Origin: Planctomycetota bacterium | GTDB lineage: Bacteria; Planctomycetota; UBA8108; UBA1146 | Direction: 5' to 3' | DNA: 58,017 nucleotides | Assembly (NCBI GenBank): GCA_012960845.1 | Contig: DUAN01000226.1 | Span: 1 to 58,017 of the forward strand | Shown here: piece after piece, positions 9,772 through 20,200 of the stretch | How positions within the stretch are numbered: position 1 is the stretch's first letter | Layout of the letters: every line of letters starts with the position of its first letter | Notes under the pieces: generated by a model | Seen by the model: only the letters and a program-made list of their open reading frames with translations | Databases searched by the model: none | Told to the model about the DNA's origin: nothing | Translations under genes and position numbers: made by a program

Positions 9772-10790
9772 CCCTGGAGTGGGTCGGAGACATCGACGGT
9801 GCTCTACATATCCTCGATCAGACACTTCTTCCCGAAAGCCAGCAGCAGCGCATCCTCGAAAGTCCATCCGATGTGATCGAAGCGATCCAGCAATTGGCGG
9901 TGCGCGGAGCTCCCGCCATCGGGGTCGCCGCCGCCTACGGATTGTGCCTCGCCTCACGAGGGTGCGAGCAGATCGAGCAGGTACGAGAACGCTGGGACGC
10001 AGCGCTCCATCCGATGCGCCAGGCACGTCCCACCGCAGTCAATCTCCAGCACATGGTCGACCGGATGGATCGGATCGCCCGCTCACCGTCGTGCGCCGAT
10101 CTGGACGGGGTGAGTCTGAGGGCTCGATTGCTGGAGGAAGCGCGTGCCATCGAGGTGCAAGATCAACAATTTTGCCGAGCCATCGGCGCTGCAGGAGCGG
10201 ATCTGATTCCGCATGGTGGAACGGTCCTGACACACTGCAATGCCGGAGCACTCGCTACCGCAGGTCAAGGGACAGCGCTGTCGGTTCTGTACCAGGCGTG
10301 GCGCAGCGGAAAACGGTTCAGAGTTCTCGTCGACGAGACCCGGCCGCTGCTGCAGGGCTCACGGCTGACCGCATGGGAGTTGCAAAAGAGTGGAATCCCC
10401 GTCGATGTCATCTGTGACGGGGCTTCCGGTAGTTTCTTTCAGGCGGGAGAGATCGATCTGGTGATCACAGGATCCGATCGGATCGCCGCCAATGGAGATG
10501 CCGCCAACAAGATCGGCACCTATACCATCGCCTCCCTGGCTCGAGCCCACGATGTGCCTTTTTACATCGCAGCACCTTCATCAACCTTTGACTTCTCACT
10601 GGATGATGGAACTCAGATCCCCATCGAGCAGCGTCGAGAGTCGGAGGTCTGGTCCATCGCTACCGAGGAGCGCCCACCCGAAGGGATCGGGTACAAGAAT
10701 CCCGCCTTCGATGTCACCCCCGCATCCCACATCCACGGCTGGATCACCGAAGCGGGACTACTGCAGCCGCCCTTCGAATCCATCCGGTGA
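9768..10790 (+). CDS. mtnA: S-methyl-5-thioribose-1-phosphate isomerase
   Basis: MTLEWVGD...LDQTLLP...VRGAPAIGVAAAYG...RPTAVNL...THCNAGALAT...VDETRPLLQGSRLTAWEL...GSDRIAANGDAANKIGTY. The ATG at 9768 overlaps the comEC stop (ATGA). The 5' part of ORF 9255..10790 is an out-of-frame read-through of comEC. Confidence 0.85.
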   Translation: MTLEWVGDIDGALHILDQTLLPESQQQRILESPSDVIEAIQQLAVRGAPAIGVAAAYGLCLASRGCEQIEQVRERWDAALHPMRQARPTAVNLQHMVDRMDRIARSPSCADLDGVSLRARLLEEARAIEVQDQQFCRAIGAAGADLIPHGGTVLTHCNAGALATAGQGTALSVLYQAWRSGKRFRVLVDETRPLLQGSRLTAWELQKSGIPVDVICDGASGSFFQAGEIDLVITGSDRIAANGDAANKIGTYTIASLARAHDVPFYIAAPSSTFDFSLDDGTQIPIEQRRESEVWSIATEERPPEGIGYKNPAFDVTPASHIHGWITEAGLLQPPFESIR

Positions 10791-10821
10791 GGGGATCATG
10801 ACATCCGGTGAGGGATCATGA
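10781..10821 (+). repeat. tandem 21/20-nt duplication that includes the mtnA stop codon
   Basis: catccggtgaggggatcatga (10781..10801) is followed by catccggtgagggatcatga (10802..10821). The copies differ by one G. Confidence 0.85.
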
Positions 10822-10853
10822 CCTACAGTGAAGGTCCAACGGTCGCGGCAAGG

Positions 10854-10881
10854 AACTGTTCGCAATCGTTTGCGATCAGTT
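10854..10881. terminator. 12-bp hairpin (one mismatch) at the convergent mtnA/purE junction; no U-tract
   Basis: AACTGTTCGCAA-TCGT-TTGCGATCAGTT. The 3' arm covers the purE stop codon. Confidence 0.3.
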
Positions 10882-11382
10882 GCCTGCGACCTTACCGCGT
10901 AGTGCATCATCCTTGGCAGCAACCTTGCTGGCCATCTCCGCCTTGTGATCTTCGAGGCGGGCACGCATCGAGGCATCGCTAGATCCAACGATCTGGGCGA
11001 CGAGGATCGCTGCGTTGACCGCACCCGGCTTGCCGATCGCCACGGTAGCCACTGGAACTCCCGGTGGCATCTGGACCGTCGCCAGTAGCGCATCCAACCC
11101 GTCGAGAGCACTGGAATCGATGGGAATCCCGATCACCGGCAAGGTGGTCGAAGCGGCCATCACTCCCGCCAGATGGGCAGCATGACCCGCCGCTGCGATG
11201 ATGGCGCAATAGCCGGCATCCGAGGCGCCTTGGCTGAGGGCATGCGCCACTTCCGGCGTACGATGGGCCGAGCAGACTCGAACTTCCGCCTCGATCTCAA
11301 ACTTCTGCAACTGGTCTACACATGATTCCATCACGGACCAGTCGCTATCACTCCCCATCACTACCAGTACTTTTGCGCTCAT
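10876..11382 (-). CDS. purE: N5-carboxyaminoimidazole ribonucleotide mutase
   Basis: [15 protein letters not shown]...SAHRTP...[23 protein letters not shown]. The ATG at 11382 overlaps the purC stop (ATGA). Confidence 0.9.
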   Translation of the reverse strand: MSAKVLVVMGSDSDWSVMESCVDQLQKFEIEAEVRVCSAHRTPEVAHALSQGASDAGYCAIIAAAGHAAHLAGVMAASTTLPVIGIPIDSSALDGLDALLATVQMPPGVPVATVAIGKPGAVNAAILVAQIVGSSDASMRARLEDHKAEMASKVAAKDDALRGKVAGN

Positions 11383-12293
11383 GACTGCTGCTCCTTCCAG
11401 TTCTCCCAATCGACCCCGGTCACACGCTGAAATAGTTCCCGGTAACGAGCAGTGGTGCCTTCGATGACAGTGTCGGGGAGGTCTGGCGGTGGACCATCTC
11501 CGGTCCAGCCGCAGGAAGCGAGATGATCGCGAACATATTGCTTGTCAAAGGAGGGCGGGCTGATCCCGACTTGATACTGATCGGCAGGCCAGTAGCGGGA
11601 AGAATCTGCGGTCAGGACCTCATCGGCGAGAACCGGCCCCTGTGCATCGAGGCCAAACTCGAACTTGGTGTCGGCCAGGATCAAACCGCAATCATCTGCG
11701 TGAGTTCGTCCATGACTGAACACCTCGACCGAGAGATCGCGCAAGGTGCTCATCAATTCGTGACCGACCATCTCTCCGGCTGTATCGATGGAGATGTTCT
11801 CATCGTGGCCCTGGTGATTCTTCGCAGCCGGCGTGAAGATGGGATCGTCGAGACGATCCGCCTGGCGCAAGCCTTCCGCCAGCGGGATTCCACAGATGGA
11901 ACCGGTCGCCTGGTAATCTTTCCAGCCACTACCCACAACAAACCCCCGCACCACACACTCGACCGGGATCATTTGCAGTTTCTTGACCAGCATCGCACGT
12001 GGTCCCCACTGACGGGCGGCACTGCGGAACGGTTCAGGAAACTGCAGCGGATCGGTCGAGATCATGTGATGCCTGACATGGGAGGGCAATCGATCGAGCC
12101 ACCACCGAGTCAGTTGAGTGAGAATCGCTCCCTTGTCGGGGATTCCCTGTGAAAGCACTACATCGTAGGCACTGACTCGATCGCTGGTCACCAGTAGCAA
12201 CTGATCTCCCAGATCAAAAATATCACGAACTTTTCCGCGCAAGATCGGTTCTACACCGTCGACACGGATGTCTCGGACCGCAGTTGGATTCAT
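11379..12293 (-). CDS. purC: phosphoribosylaminoimidazole-succinocarboxamide (SAICAR) synthase
   Basis: ILRGKVRDIFDLGDQLLLVTSDRVSAYDVV...ILADTKFEFG. ATG at 12293 has GGAGAGG about 7 nt upstream. Confidence 0.9.
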   Translation of the reverse strand: MNPTAVRDIRVDGVEPILRGKVRDIFDLGDQLLLVTSDRVSAYDVVLSQGIPDKGAILTQLTRWWLDRLPSHVRHHMISTDPLQFPEPFRSAARQWGPRAMLVKKLQMIPVECVVRGFVVGSGWKDYQATGSICGIPLAEGLRQADRLDDPIFTPAAKNHQGHDENISIDTAGEMVGHELMSTLRDLSVEVFSHGRTHADDCGLILADTKFEFGLDAQGPVLADEVLTADSSRYWPADQYQVGISPPSFDKQYVRDHLASCGWTGDGPPPDLPDTVIEGTTARYRELFQRVTGVDWENWKEQQS

Positions 12294-12360
12294 GGTGAGC
12301 CTCTCCAGTCCCCGGCAAGGATACACCTGAGCATCGGCTCTGTCACCGGCGCCAGAGATT

Positions 12361-13332
12361 TCAGATCAAGAACTCGCGAGAGCCATCGGGGCGAACTTTC
12401 CAGCGTTGATGGAGCCAGAGCCAATCCGCCGGGGTCTCCCGGACCATCGTCTCGATCCTGTTCGTGGCGGCTCGGGTGACCTGCAGGACATGAGAGCGAA
12501 TCCCCTCCCCCCAGGGCAAATCAGCGATCTCACAGTGCAATCGGTAACGTTTTCCCGCCTCCAGGCGACGAGCCTGGAGGTAGACCACAGGCACCTGATA
12601 ACGCCGAGTCAGAACTCCGATGGAAGGGGTCGTTGCGGCAGGGCGACCGAGGAAATCGACGAAAACACCGTCCCGGGTGTTCTGGTCGATGAGCAGTGCC
12701 AGAGAGGTTCCTCCGCGTAGCGCTTTGCCCATCTCCGGCAGTGCTCCTGCGGGATCGAGAATCGTCGGCACCGTCGCACCTCTCAACCAGTGCATGGCCC
12801 GATCGATATAAGCATTCTTGACCGGCCGCGAGAGCAGTCCCATTCGCCAGCCGCGCTGCACCAGCAGTGGCAAGATCACTTCGAAGGGACCCTGATGGCC
12901 ACTGACCAGCAGGAACGCTTCACCCGCTCGTTGACGCTGATCCAACTGTTCCCAGGGACCGGTCCAGAGCACCGAATCGACAAAGCGGCGATCCTGCAGC
13001 CAGCGCTGGATCTGGATCGCCTCGACTGCAGAAACCGCCACTCGACGCCACGATTCGAGTCCGACCGAGTGAATCTTCTTCTCGGACCAGGTGGCTCCAA
13101 AGGCGTGACGGAGGTTGCTCAAGGTGACCGCTCTCCTGCGTCGAGCCAGCAACCAGGCGGGAAGAGCCAACCCCCTGGCCAATCGACAGGCCAGCGATGC
13201 CGGCAGCCACGCCAACGGCAACACCACCAGCAACGATGCCATCGCCGTGAGCCATGCCATCCAGCCACGCCGCTGGCGCGGACCCGACCGGTCCGGTTGG
13301 CTACGAGGTCGCTCTTGCTGAGTTGTGACCAC
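12361..13332 (-). CDS. lysophospholipid / lipid A biosynthesis acyltransferase (LpxL/HtrB family)
   Basis: N-terminal TM helix, HX4E acyltransferase motif (SGHQGPFE), and family-typical length and layout. The GTG start could instead be ATG 13260. Confidence 0.72.
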   Translation of the reverse strand: MVTTQQERPRSQPDRSGPRQRRGWMAWLTAMASLLVVLPLAWLPASLACRLARGLALPAWLLARRRRAVTLSNLRHAFGATWSEKKIHSVGLESWRRVAVSAVEAIQIQRWLQDRRFVDSVLWTGPWEQLDQRQRAGEAFLLVSGHQGPFEVILPLLVQRGWRMGLLSRPVKNAYIDRAMHWLRGATVPTILDPAGALPEMGKALRGGTSLALLIDQNTRDGVFVDFLGRPAATTPSIGVLTRRYQVPVVYLQARRLEAGKRYRLHCEIADLPWGEGIRSHVLQVTRAATNRIETMVRETPADWLWLHQRWKVRPDGSREFLI

Positions 13333-13476
13333 CGTTGGACTTACCCTTCACCGCTCACCATCAATTTCGACAACCAGAGTCACCGGAGACCGATCGATGG
13401 ATCCGATTGTTTTCCGGTAGGCTCCTGCACTGCTGGACCTTATTCTCCCCCTCCTCGCCCGAAAGGAAAGTTCATC

Positions 13477-14496
13477 ATGATCTATTCTTTGCTCCTTTTC
13501 ATCGTTGTGGGAGCGAGCCCGCCAGATTCTCCGGCGAAAGTCAACGATCGCCTGGAGTTGACCGATGGCAGCGTGATCATCGGTACCCTTCGCCAGCTGG
13601 AGAAGGGGGTCTACACCATCGATGTGGAAGCGGTGGGATCGATCCAGATCCCAGCGGCACGGGTCACCGCCGCCGAGGTCTCCGGGGCCCCGACTCTGGT
13701 CACCGATGCAGGTGAAACCCTCAGCGGCCCCTTACAACTCACCGAAGAATCCTGGCTGGTGCGCAACGATCTCGGTGAAAGAACCATCTCCAACGCCCAC
13801 GTGGTGGCCATCAATCCGACTCCCCTGGCCCCACCCACCTCGACTCAGAAGGCCACCATCACGCTCAACGGAACTCGAACCTCTGGCAATACCAGCACCA
13901 CATCCGCTTCGATGAACATGGACTACACCTTTCGCTACCTCACCCACAGATTCAATTCCAAGCTTCACTGGGCCTACGGTGAAGATGAAGAGGTGATCAG
14001 CAAGAGAACCACCGGAGCGGAGCTCAAGTATGACTTCTTTCCTCGCGACAGTTGGTATTTCTACACCAACTTCTCCGCCAGGAATGACCGCTTTGCCGAT
14101 CTTTCCCTGAGAACCACTGCAGGAATTGGCGCCGGAATCCAGCTGCTGGATTCCGATGAAATCAGCTGGTCGGAGGAATCGGGGATCTCGGCACTCAACG
14201 AGGATTTCATCTCCGCCCTCGATGAAGCGACCAATACCCTTCGCGTGGCCGGAGATCTCAAGTGGAGCATCGGTGAGGGAATGATGGAGGCATTCCACGA
14301 CCACACACTGTTCATCTCGCTAGACGACCCCTCCAATATTCTCGCAGAGGGCCGCCTCGGTCTTCGAACTCAAATCATCGGTGGCCTCTCCCTCAACACC
14401 CAGATCAACATCCGACATGACAGTGAACCGCCGGTCGGCGTCGAACAGGACGATATCGAGATGTTGTTGGGGCTGGGCTACAGCACCAGTTTTTGA
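13477..14496 (+). CDS. DUF481-family outer-membrane beta-barrel protein (YdiY-like)
   Basis: ATG 13477 is preceded by GAAAGGAAAG. Signal peptide MIYSLLLFIVVGASPP. The C-terminal half has alternating beta-strand patterns ending in ...LLGLGYSTSF (aromatic terminus). The upstream 12790..13476 part of the ORF is antisense to the acyltransferase and was rejected. Confidence 0.7.
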   Translation: MIYSLLLFIVVGASPPDSPAKVNDRLELTDGSVIIGTLRQLEKGVYTIDVEAVGSIQIPAARVTAAEVSGAPTLVTDAGETLSGPLQLTEESWLVRNDLGERTISNAHVVAINPTPLAPPTSTQKATITLNGTRTSGNTSTTSASMNMDYTFRYLTHRFNSKLHWAYGEDEEVISKRTTGAELKYDFFPRDSWYFYTNFSARNDRFADLSLRTTAGIGAGIQLLDSDEISWSEESGISALNEDFISALDEATNTLRVAGDLKWSIGEGMMEAFHDHTLFISLDDPSNILAEGRLGLRTQIIGGLSLNTQINIRHDSEPPVGVEQDDIEMLLGLGYSTSF

Positions 14497-14599
14497 CCAG
14501 ATCGGGTGACCATCATGACTTGTGGCGGTGAATCGGGACTGCCATCATCCAGCCTCGAGAGTTTGACCCCCTCCATCGTCCAGGAAACGGAGACACCAG

Positions 14600-15976
14600 A
14601 TGAGCTCGCGCTCTGCCCCACCAGATTCACAACTGAACCCGGTAGAGGACCCACCACTTCATCTGGCGGACCAGCAGCTCGCCGAGATCCAGCGCCTGTC
14701 CCAGCTGTTTGCAGATTTGCCGGTCGAAGCACTGGTCAAGGAAGACCTGCTGAGGATCGGGGTTTCCTTCACTCGTGAATCACTTCGCTACTGCGCGAAC
14801 TTCAAGAGCAAGTCTTACTTCATCTTCAGTTTCGACATGGTTCCCATCGAATCGATGGACCAGCAAGAAAATCTCCGAGCTCCGGAAGAGATCCAGTTGG
14901 TCGGCGGGCCCTGGAGTTTCAACCGAACCACGGTCTCTGTCCGGGTCAATCCTCACTCTCCCTGGCGCATCGATCTGGTCGGAGATTCCCTCCATCTGTT
15001 CTGTGGTAGAGAAGAGATCTCCACCGTCGAGTTGCAGAAGATTCCCGATTACTACCAGCAAAATTTGGAATCAGGACAACCGGTTCACGAAGTGGCTCCT
15101 ACCATCGAATGGGGCTACCTGGTGTACCTGACCGCCTATCGAAAGTGCCAGTACTTCGGCTTCAAGGAAGAGTGTCGTTTCTGCGACATCAATGAAAACT
15201 ATCGGCAACAAGTCGCAGCAGGACGGCCCTATCGTACCGTCAAGCCGATGGACGAGATGCTCGAGGCACTCTCCATCATCGACCATCTCGATGACCGGTC
15301 ACGTGCCTACACCTTGACCGGTGGATCGATCATCAGGAAGTTGCGAGGACAGGGAGAAGCCGAGTTCTATGCCGCCTACGCCAGGGCCATCGAGGAGCGA
15401 TTCCCCGGCCGCTGGATACCCAAGGCGGTGACCCAGGCGCTTCCAGTTGCAGAGCAACAGATCCTCAAGGATGCGGGGATCCAGATCTATCACCCCAACT
15501 ACGAGATCTGGGATGAGCGCCTGTTTCCCTTGCTGTGTCCCGGCAAGGAAACCTATGTAGGAAGATCTGAATGGCACCAACGCATCATCGATGCCGTCGA
15601 TGTTTTTGGTGCCGCCAATGTCATCCCGAATTTCGTGGCGGGGATCGAGATGTCTCGGCCCCATGGCTACACCGATCCAGAAGCTGCGGTGGAATCGACT
15701 CGCGAGGGCCTCGACTTCTTCATGAGTCAGGGAGTGTGTCCGAGATTCACCGTCTGGTGTCCCGAACCTCTCTCGCCTCTGGTCAAGGATCAGGCGGCTG
15801 CTGGAGAATCTCAGCCCCCCGCTCCCCTCGAATATCATGCTCGATTACTGGTCGCCTGGAGGGACACTCACCAGAAGCACCGGTTACCGGTTCCTCCGGG
15901 ATACGGTCCTGCTGGATCGGGACAGGCGATCTTCAGTGTATCCAGTTTCATGGATGTGATCCGAGTCCCGCAGTAG
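14600..15976 (+). CDS. radical-SAM-like protein with non-canonical CX8CX2C motif, family not recognised
   Basis: ATG 14600 has GGAG 8 nt upstream. C183-X8-C192-X2-C195 (CQYFGFKEECRFC, nt 15146..15184). A TLTGGS (GGE-like) motif lies about 45 aa downstream. There is a ~180-aa N-terminal extension and an extra Cys pair, CPRFTVWCPEP. Confidence 0.6.
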   Translation: MSSRSAPPDSQLNPVEDPPLHLADQQLAEIQRLSQLFADLPVEALVKEDLLRIGVSFTRESLRYCANFKSKSYFIFSFDMVPIESMDQQENLRAPEEIQLVGGPWSFNRTTVSVRVNPHSPWRIDLVGDSLHLFCGREEISTVELQKIPDYYQQNLESGQPVHEVAPTIEWGYLVYLTAYRKCQYFGFKEECRFCDINENYRQQVAAGRPYRTVKPMDEMLEALSIIDHLDDRSRAYTLTGGSIIRKLRGQGEAEFYAAYARAIEERFPGRWIPKAVTQALPVAEQQILKDAGIQIYHPNYEIWDERLFPLLCPGKETYVGRSEWHQRIIDAVDVFGAANVIPNFVAGIEMSRPHGYTDPEAAVESTREGLDFFMSQGVCPRFTVWCPEPLSPLVKDQAAAGESQPPAPLEYHARLLVAWRDTHQKHRLPVPPGYGPAGSGQAIFSVSSFMDVIRVPQ

Positions 15977-16026
15977 CCGTCTGCGATGGTCATCTGGAAT
16001 GGTGTACCGATCGCGCCATCGGCACT

Positions 16027-17196
16027 TCACAGGCACGGGCGGAGACTGGGATATCCGGTCTCCTGATCAAATCCCAGCTGGAACTTTCCGTCGAGAAAGC
16101 CGACCACCTTGGTCCCGAACATATCTCCGCGCCATCCCCTCAGCAGGGAGTGCTCTGCTTCGACCAGGTTGCCGGCAGAATGAGCACGAACCAGATTTTC
16201 CACATCATCCCCTCGAGCGACCAGTGGAGGTGCGATTCGTTGTGCCCGGCAAAGAGCTCGCAGCGCAGCGGTGGAGAGTTCCAGAGCCGCTTCTTCTTGT
16301 GGCTCCAGCCTTCGCCTCTTGTGAACAATCGGCAGGTCCTCCTCCGCAATCCCACGTCCCCGCTGAACCGACGCCAGCAATGCGCCGGAATGACGTCGAA
16401 GATCTCGTGGGTCCAGCCCGCGGATCTTCTGCAGTCCTTCCACATCTCGAGGTGCACGACGAGCCACCTCGACCAGGATCTCATCCGGCAATATTCGACG
16501 ACGGGGTCGATCCTTGGTCTGCGCTTCCTTTTCTCGCCAGGCATATAGATCCATCAGGATCGCCATTCCGCGTTCCTTCAATGATCCCGCACGCTTGACC
16601 TTTCGAATGCTGGTCTCGATCAAGGGATGATAGGTGGAATCGAGGTCGTACTTCTTCATCTCCTCAAGTGCCCAGGAGATCCTTCCCTCTGCCTCCAGTT
16701 GCTCGGTCAGACGATCGTGAATCGGCAGCAGGTGCCGGACATCGTCGATGGCGTAGATCTCCTGCTCCCGGGTCAGCGGACGTCGCAGCCAATCGGTCCA
16801 CGATTCGCCCTTCTCCACCACCACCCCGAGCAGTTGCCCACAGGTCGCGGCATAAGATGGTTGAAGTCCGAGTCCGAGGAATGCGGAAGCAATCTGAGTG
16901 TCAAAGATCGCTCGCGGAGGTCGATCACTGAGTTGCTCGAGTATCTCCAGATCCTGCGATCCGGCATGAACCACCTTGATCACCGAAGGATCGGAGATGG
17001 TCTCGATCAACGGAGTCAGATCCACTTCACCGAGGGGGTCAATCAGAGCGAGGTCGGTTCCCACTGCGATCTGGATCAGTGCCAGCTGCGGGTAATAGGT
17101 CCGCTCCCGGATGAACTCGAGATCGATTCCATATCGACCATCGGCAGTCGCTCTCTGCATCCATTGCTCAAGTTGATCCGATTGCTCTAAATACAC
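16027..17196 (-). CDS. rnd: ribonuclease D (DEDD 3'-5' exonuclease plus HRDC domain)
   Basis: GIDLEFIRERTYYPQLALIQIA...KVVHAGSQDLEIL...A.DVRHLL. GTG 17196 has AGGAG 9 nt upstream and sits 11 nt after the kgd stop. Confidence 0.85.
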   Translation of the reverse strand: MYLEQSDQLEQWMQRATADGRYGIDLEFIRERTYYPQLALIQIAVGTDLALIDPLGEVDLTPLIETISDPSVIKVVHAGSQDLEILEQLSDRPPRAIFDTQIASAFLGLGLQPSYAATCGQLLGVVVEKGESWTDWLRRPLTREQEIYAIDDVRHLLPIHDRLTEQLEAEGRISWALEEMKKYDLDSTYHPLIETSIRKVKRAGSLKERGMAILMDLYAWREKEAQTKDRPRRRILPDEILVEVARRAPRDVEGLQKIRGLDPRDLRRHSGALLASVQRGRGIAEEDLPIVHKRRRLEPQEEAALELSTAALRALCRAQRIAPPLVARGDDVENLVRAHSAGNLVEAEHSLLRGWRGDMFGTKVVGFLDGKFQLGFDQETGYPSLRPCL

Positions 17197-17207
17197 CCTG
17201 AGTACTC

Positions 17208-20200
17208 CTAATTGCCGTCGTCATCGGCGAAGGCACGATGAATCAGATGATCTTGTTCCGCCTCATGAACCGCCTTCGATCCACTGGCGGGACTGGCACT
17301 CCAGGCCCTGCCGATGAATCTTACCCTACGCCCACCGCCAAGGAATCCCCCGTCACGATCCCTCAAATAGGACCATGCGCCCATGTTTCTCGGCTCGTCC
17401 TGAATCCATCTGACATCGCAACTTTTCGGCAGTTGAGCCAGGACCTCCTGGATTTCAGCGCGAGGGAATGGGTACAACTGTTCGAGGCGAAGGATCAAGA
17501 CATCATCTGCAGAGCGCTTCTCTCGCTCCGCCAGTAGATCATAGAGGACCCTCCCCGAAGCGACCAAAAGCTTGGTGATGTGATTTCCAGGAGCACCATC
17601 GACGATCACTTCCTGAAACTTTTCAGCAGTGAAACTGGACGGAGCACTTCTCGCTGCAGGAAGGCGAAGCAAACTCTTGGGAGTCAAGACCACCAGTGGT
17701 TTCCGCTTCGCCTCATGCATCTGACGCCGCAAGGTGTGGAAGTACTGCGCCGGGGTACTGGGTTGCACCACCCGCATGTTTCCTTCGGCACAAAGTTGCA
17801 GAAATCTTTCCAGACGAGAACTGGAGTGCTCGGGACCTTGCCCCTCGTAGCCGTGGGGAAGCAACATCGTCAGACCACAACTCTGGTTCCACTTCTCCTC
17901 GGAACTGGAGATGAACTGATCGATGATGACCTGGGCACCATTGGAGAAATCCCCGAATTGTGCCTCCCAGATGGTCAGTGCTGAGCTTCTCTGGAGGCTA
18001 TATCCGAACTCGAAACCGAGGACTCCGAACTCGGACAAGAGACTGTCGAATACCTGGTAACTCCCCTCCGAATCGGCAAGGTGCTGGAGCGGCACGTAAT
18101 GGGTGCCGCGATCGACATCTCTCAAGACGCTGTGGCGTTGGCTGAAAGTTCCTCGGCCACAATCTTCTCCGGAGAGTCGAACCGCAGTTCCCTCTCGTAC
18201 CAACGACCCAAAAGCACACAGTTCCGCAAGACCCCAATCGATGGCGCCTTCGCGAGCCAGGTTCAATCTGCGCTCGAACTGCTTCTGCAACTTCGGGTGT
18301 AAGTTGAACTGATCGGGAGTTCGAGTCACCTCCGCCAGCAACAGATCCAGTTCAGGAATCGGAATTGACGTATCCACTGAAGGAACCGCGATGCCTTCCG
18401 TTTCCTCGAGATCGGGACGGACCTGAGCGGGAGTCCTCTCGGTCAAACTCGCTTTGACCTTCTGAAATGAGCCATCGAGGATCGACTGGAACTCACCAAG
18501 CATCTGCTCCGCCGTCTCGATATCGATCTCTCCTCTGGCCAGCAGACGCTCGGTTGTGAGTTTTCTGACCGACCGATGTTTCTCGATGCTGCGAGTGATC
18601 AGCGGTTGAGTGAATGCGGGTTCATCTCCCTCATTGTGCCCCCAGCGTCGATAACCGATCAGATCGATGAATACGTCCTTGCCAAATCGAGCCCGATACT
18701 CGAATGCCAGACGGATCATCCGAACCGCCATCTGTGGATGATCCGCATTGACATGGAAGACCGGTGCTTCGATCGACTTTGCCACGTCGGTACAGTATCG
18801 AGAGGATCTCCCGACCTCGGGCGATGTGGTGAATCCGATCTGATTGTTGATGACCACATGAATGGTCCCGTGAGTGCTATACCCCGGCAACTGCGACATG
18901 TTGAGAGTCTCGTAGATCACTCCTTGTCCGGCCAGTGCCGCATCTCCATGGATCAACAGAGGAACCACCGAAACCGAGCCTTCGCGATCATCCTGCAGCG
19001 CTCGGACCATCCCCTCGACCACAGGGCAAACCGATTCGAGGTGACTGGGATTGGAAGCCAGCGTCACCTTGACCGACCTCCCGTTACGGCCGCGATGGAT
19101 CCCCTGGGCTCCGAGGTGATACTTCACATCCCCTGAGCCTTCTGGATTCTCCATGTCAAAATCCTCAAACTCCTCGAACACCTGCTCGAGAGGTTTCCCG
19201 AGTATGTTCACCAGGACATTGAGTCGGCCTCGGTGAGCCATGCCGATCATCACATCCTCGACGCCACCGGCAGAACACTCCTCGAGGAGAGCATCCAGCG
19301 CTGGAATCAGCGACTCACTTCCCTCGAGACTGAATCTCTTGTGCCCCACATAACTGGTGTGAAGAAACTTCTCGAAGGCTTCCGCTTCATTGAGCTTTCG
19401 AAGGATGTGCAACTTATCGTCAAGTTCCAGAGGCGCTTCATTTTCGGTAACCTCCATCTTTTGCAGAAGCCAATCGCGTTCGACGGCATCGGAGATGTGG
19501 GATACTTCTGCGCCGACATATCGAGTGTAGGTTCGTCGTAAGATGTCGAGGATTTCTCGCAGTTTCCTCGGACGTTCCTGCCCTCCGACTCCGCCACAGG
19601 TGAAGGATCGATCGAGGTCCCAGATGCTCAGGCCGTAACTGGATAGTTCCAGTTCAGGGTCTGGAGACGGGCTCTTTCCGAGGGGGTCCAGATGGGCCAT
19701 CCGGTGGCCACGAGAGCGATAAGCGTCCACCAGTTGAAGAACCTTCGCCTGGCGATACTCCGGTGAGTTGCAGTCCACCTCCGCGACATCTTCGATCGAT
19801 TCTTGCGACCAGCGATACGGTTCGTGAGGGACATCGAGTTGTTCAAAGATCTGTTCGTAGAATCGGTCTTTGCCCAGCAACAGGTCCTCGACGGTGGCCA
19901 GGAATACCCCGGATACGGCCCCCTGGATGACCCTGTGATCATAACTACTGGTCAAGGTCATCACCTTCGACAGGCCGAGGCGACTGACGGTATCCTCGGC
20001 CATTCCTGCACAGGAAGGCGGGAAGTCAATCGCACCAATACCGAAGATGGCACCCTGCCCCGACATCAGTCGAGGTACCGACATGCTGGTCCCGAGCATT
20101 CCAGGGTTGGTGATGGAAACAGATGTACCCTCGAAGTCTGCCAGAGTCAGTTTTCCTCTTCGCGCACGGCCCACGACATCATTGAAGGCCGCCAAGAACT

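Noticed and set aside
10765-10790. A tRNA-like T-loop string, TTCGAATCC. Other TTCGAA occurrences are at about 29410 and 53205.
   Set aside because: The flanking bases cannot form a T-stem or acceptor stem, and most of these strings lie inside coding sequence. I found no tRNA cloverleaf anywhere in the window.
12790-13476. The long N-terminal extension of the DUF481 ORF. The same applies to the 5' parts of ORFs 9255..10790, 26121..26648, 46344..47819 and 55896..57101.
   Set aside because: These segments overlap the preceding, well-supported gene (antisense or out of frame). They lack family similarity. In each case they are followed by an internal ATG with an SD or stop/start coupling at the point where the recognisable protein begins.
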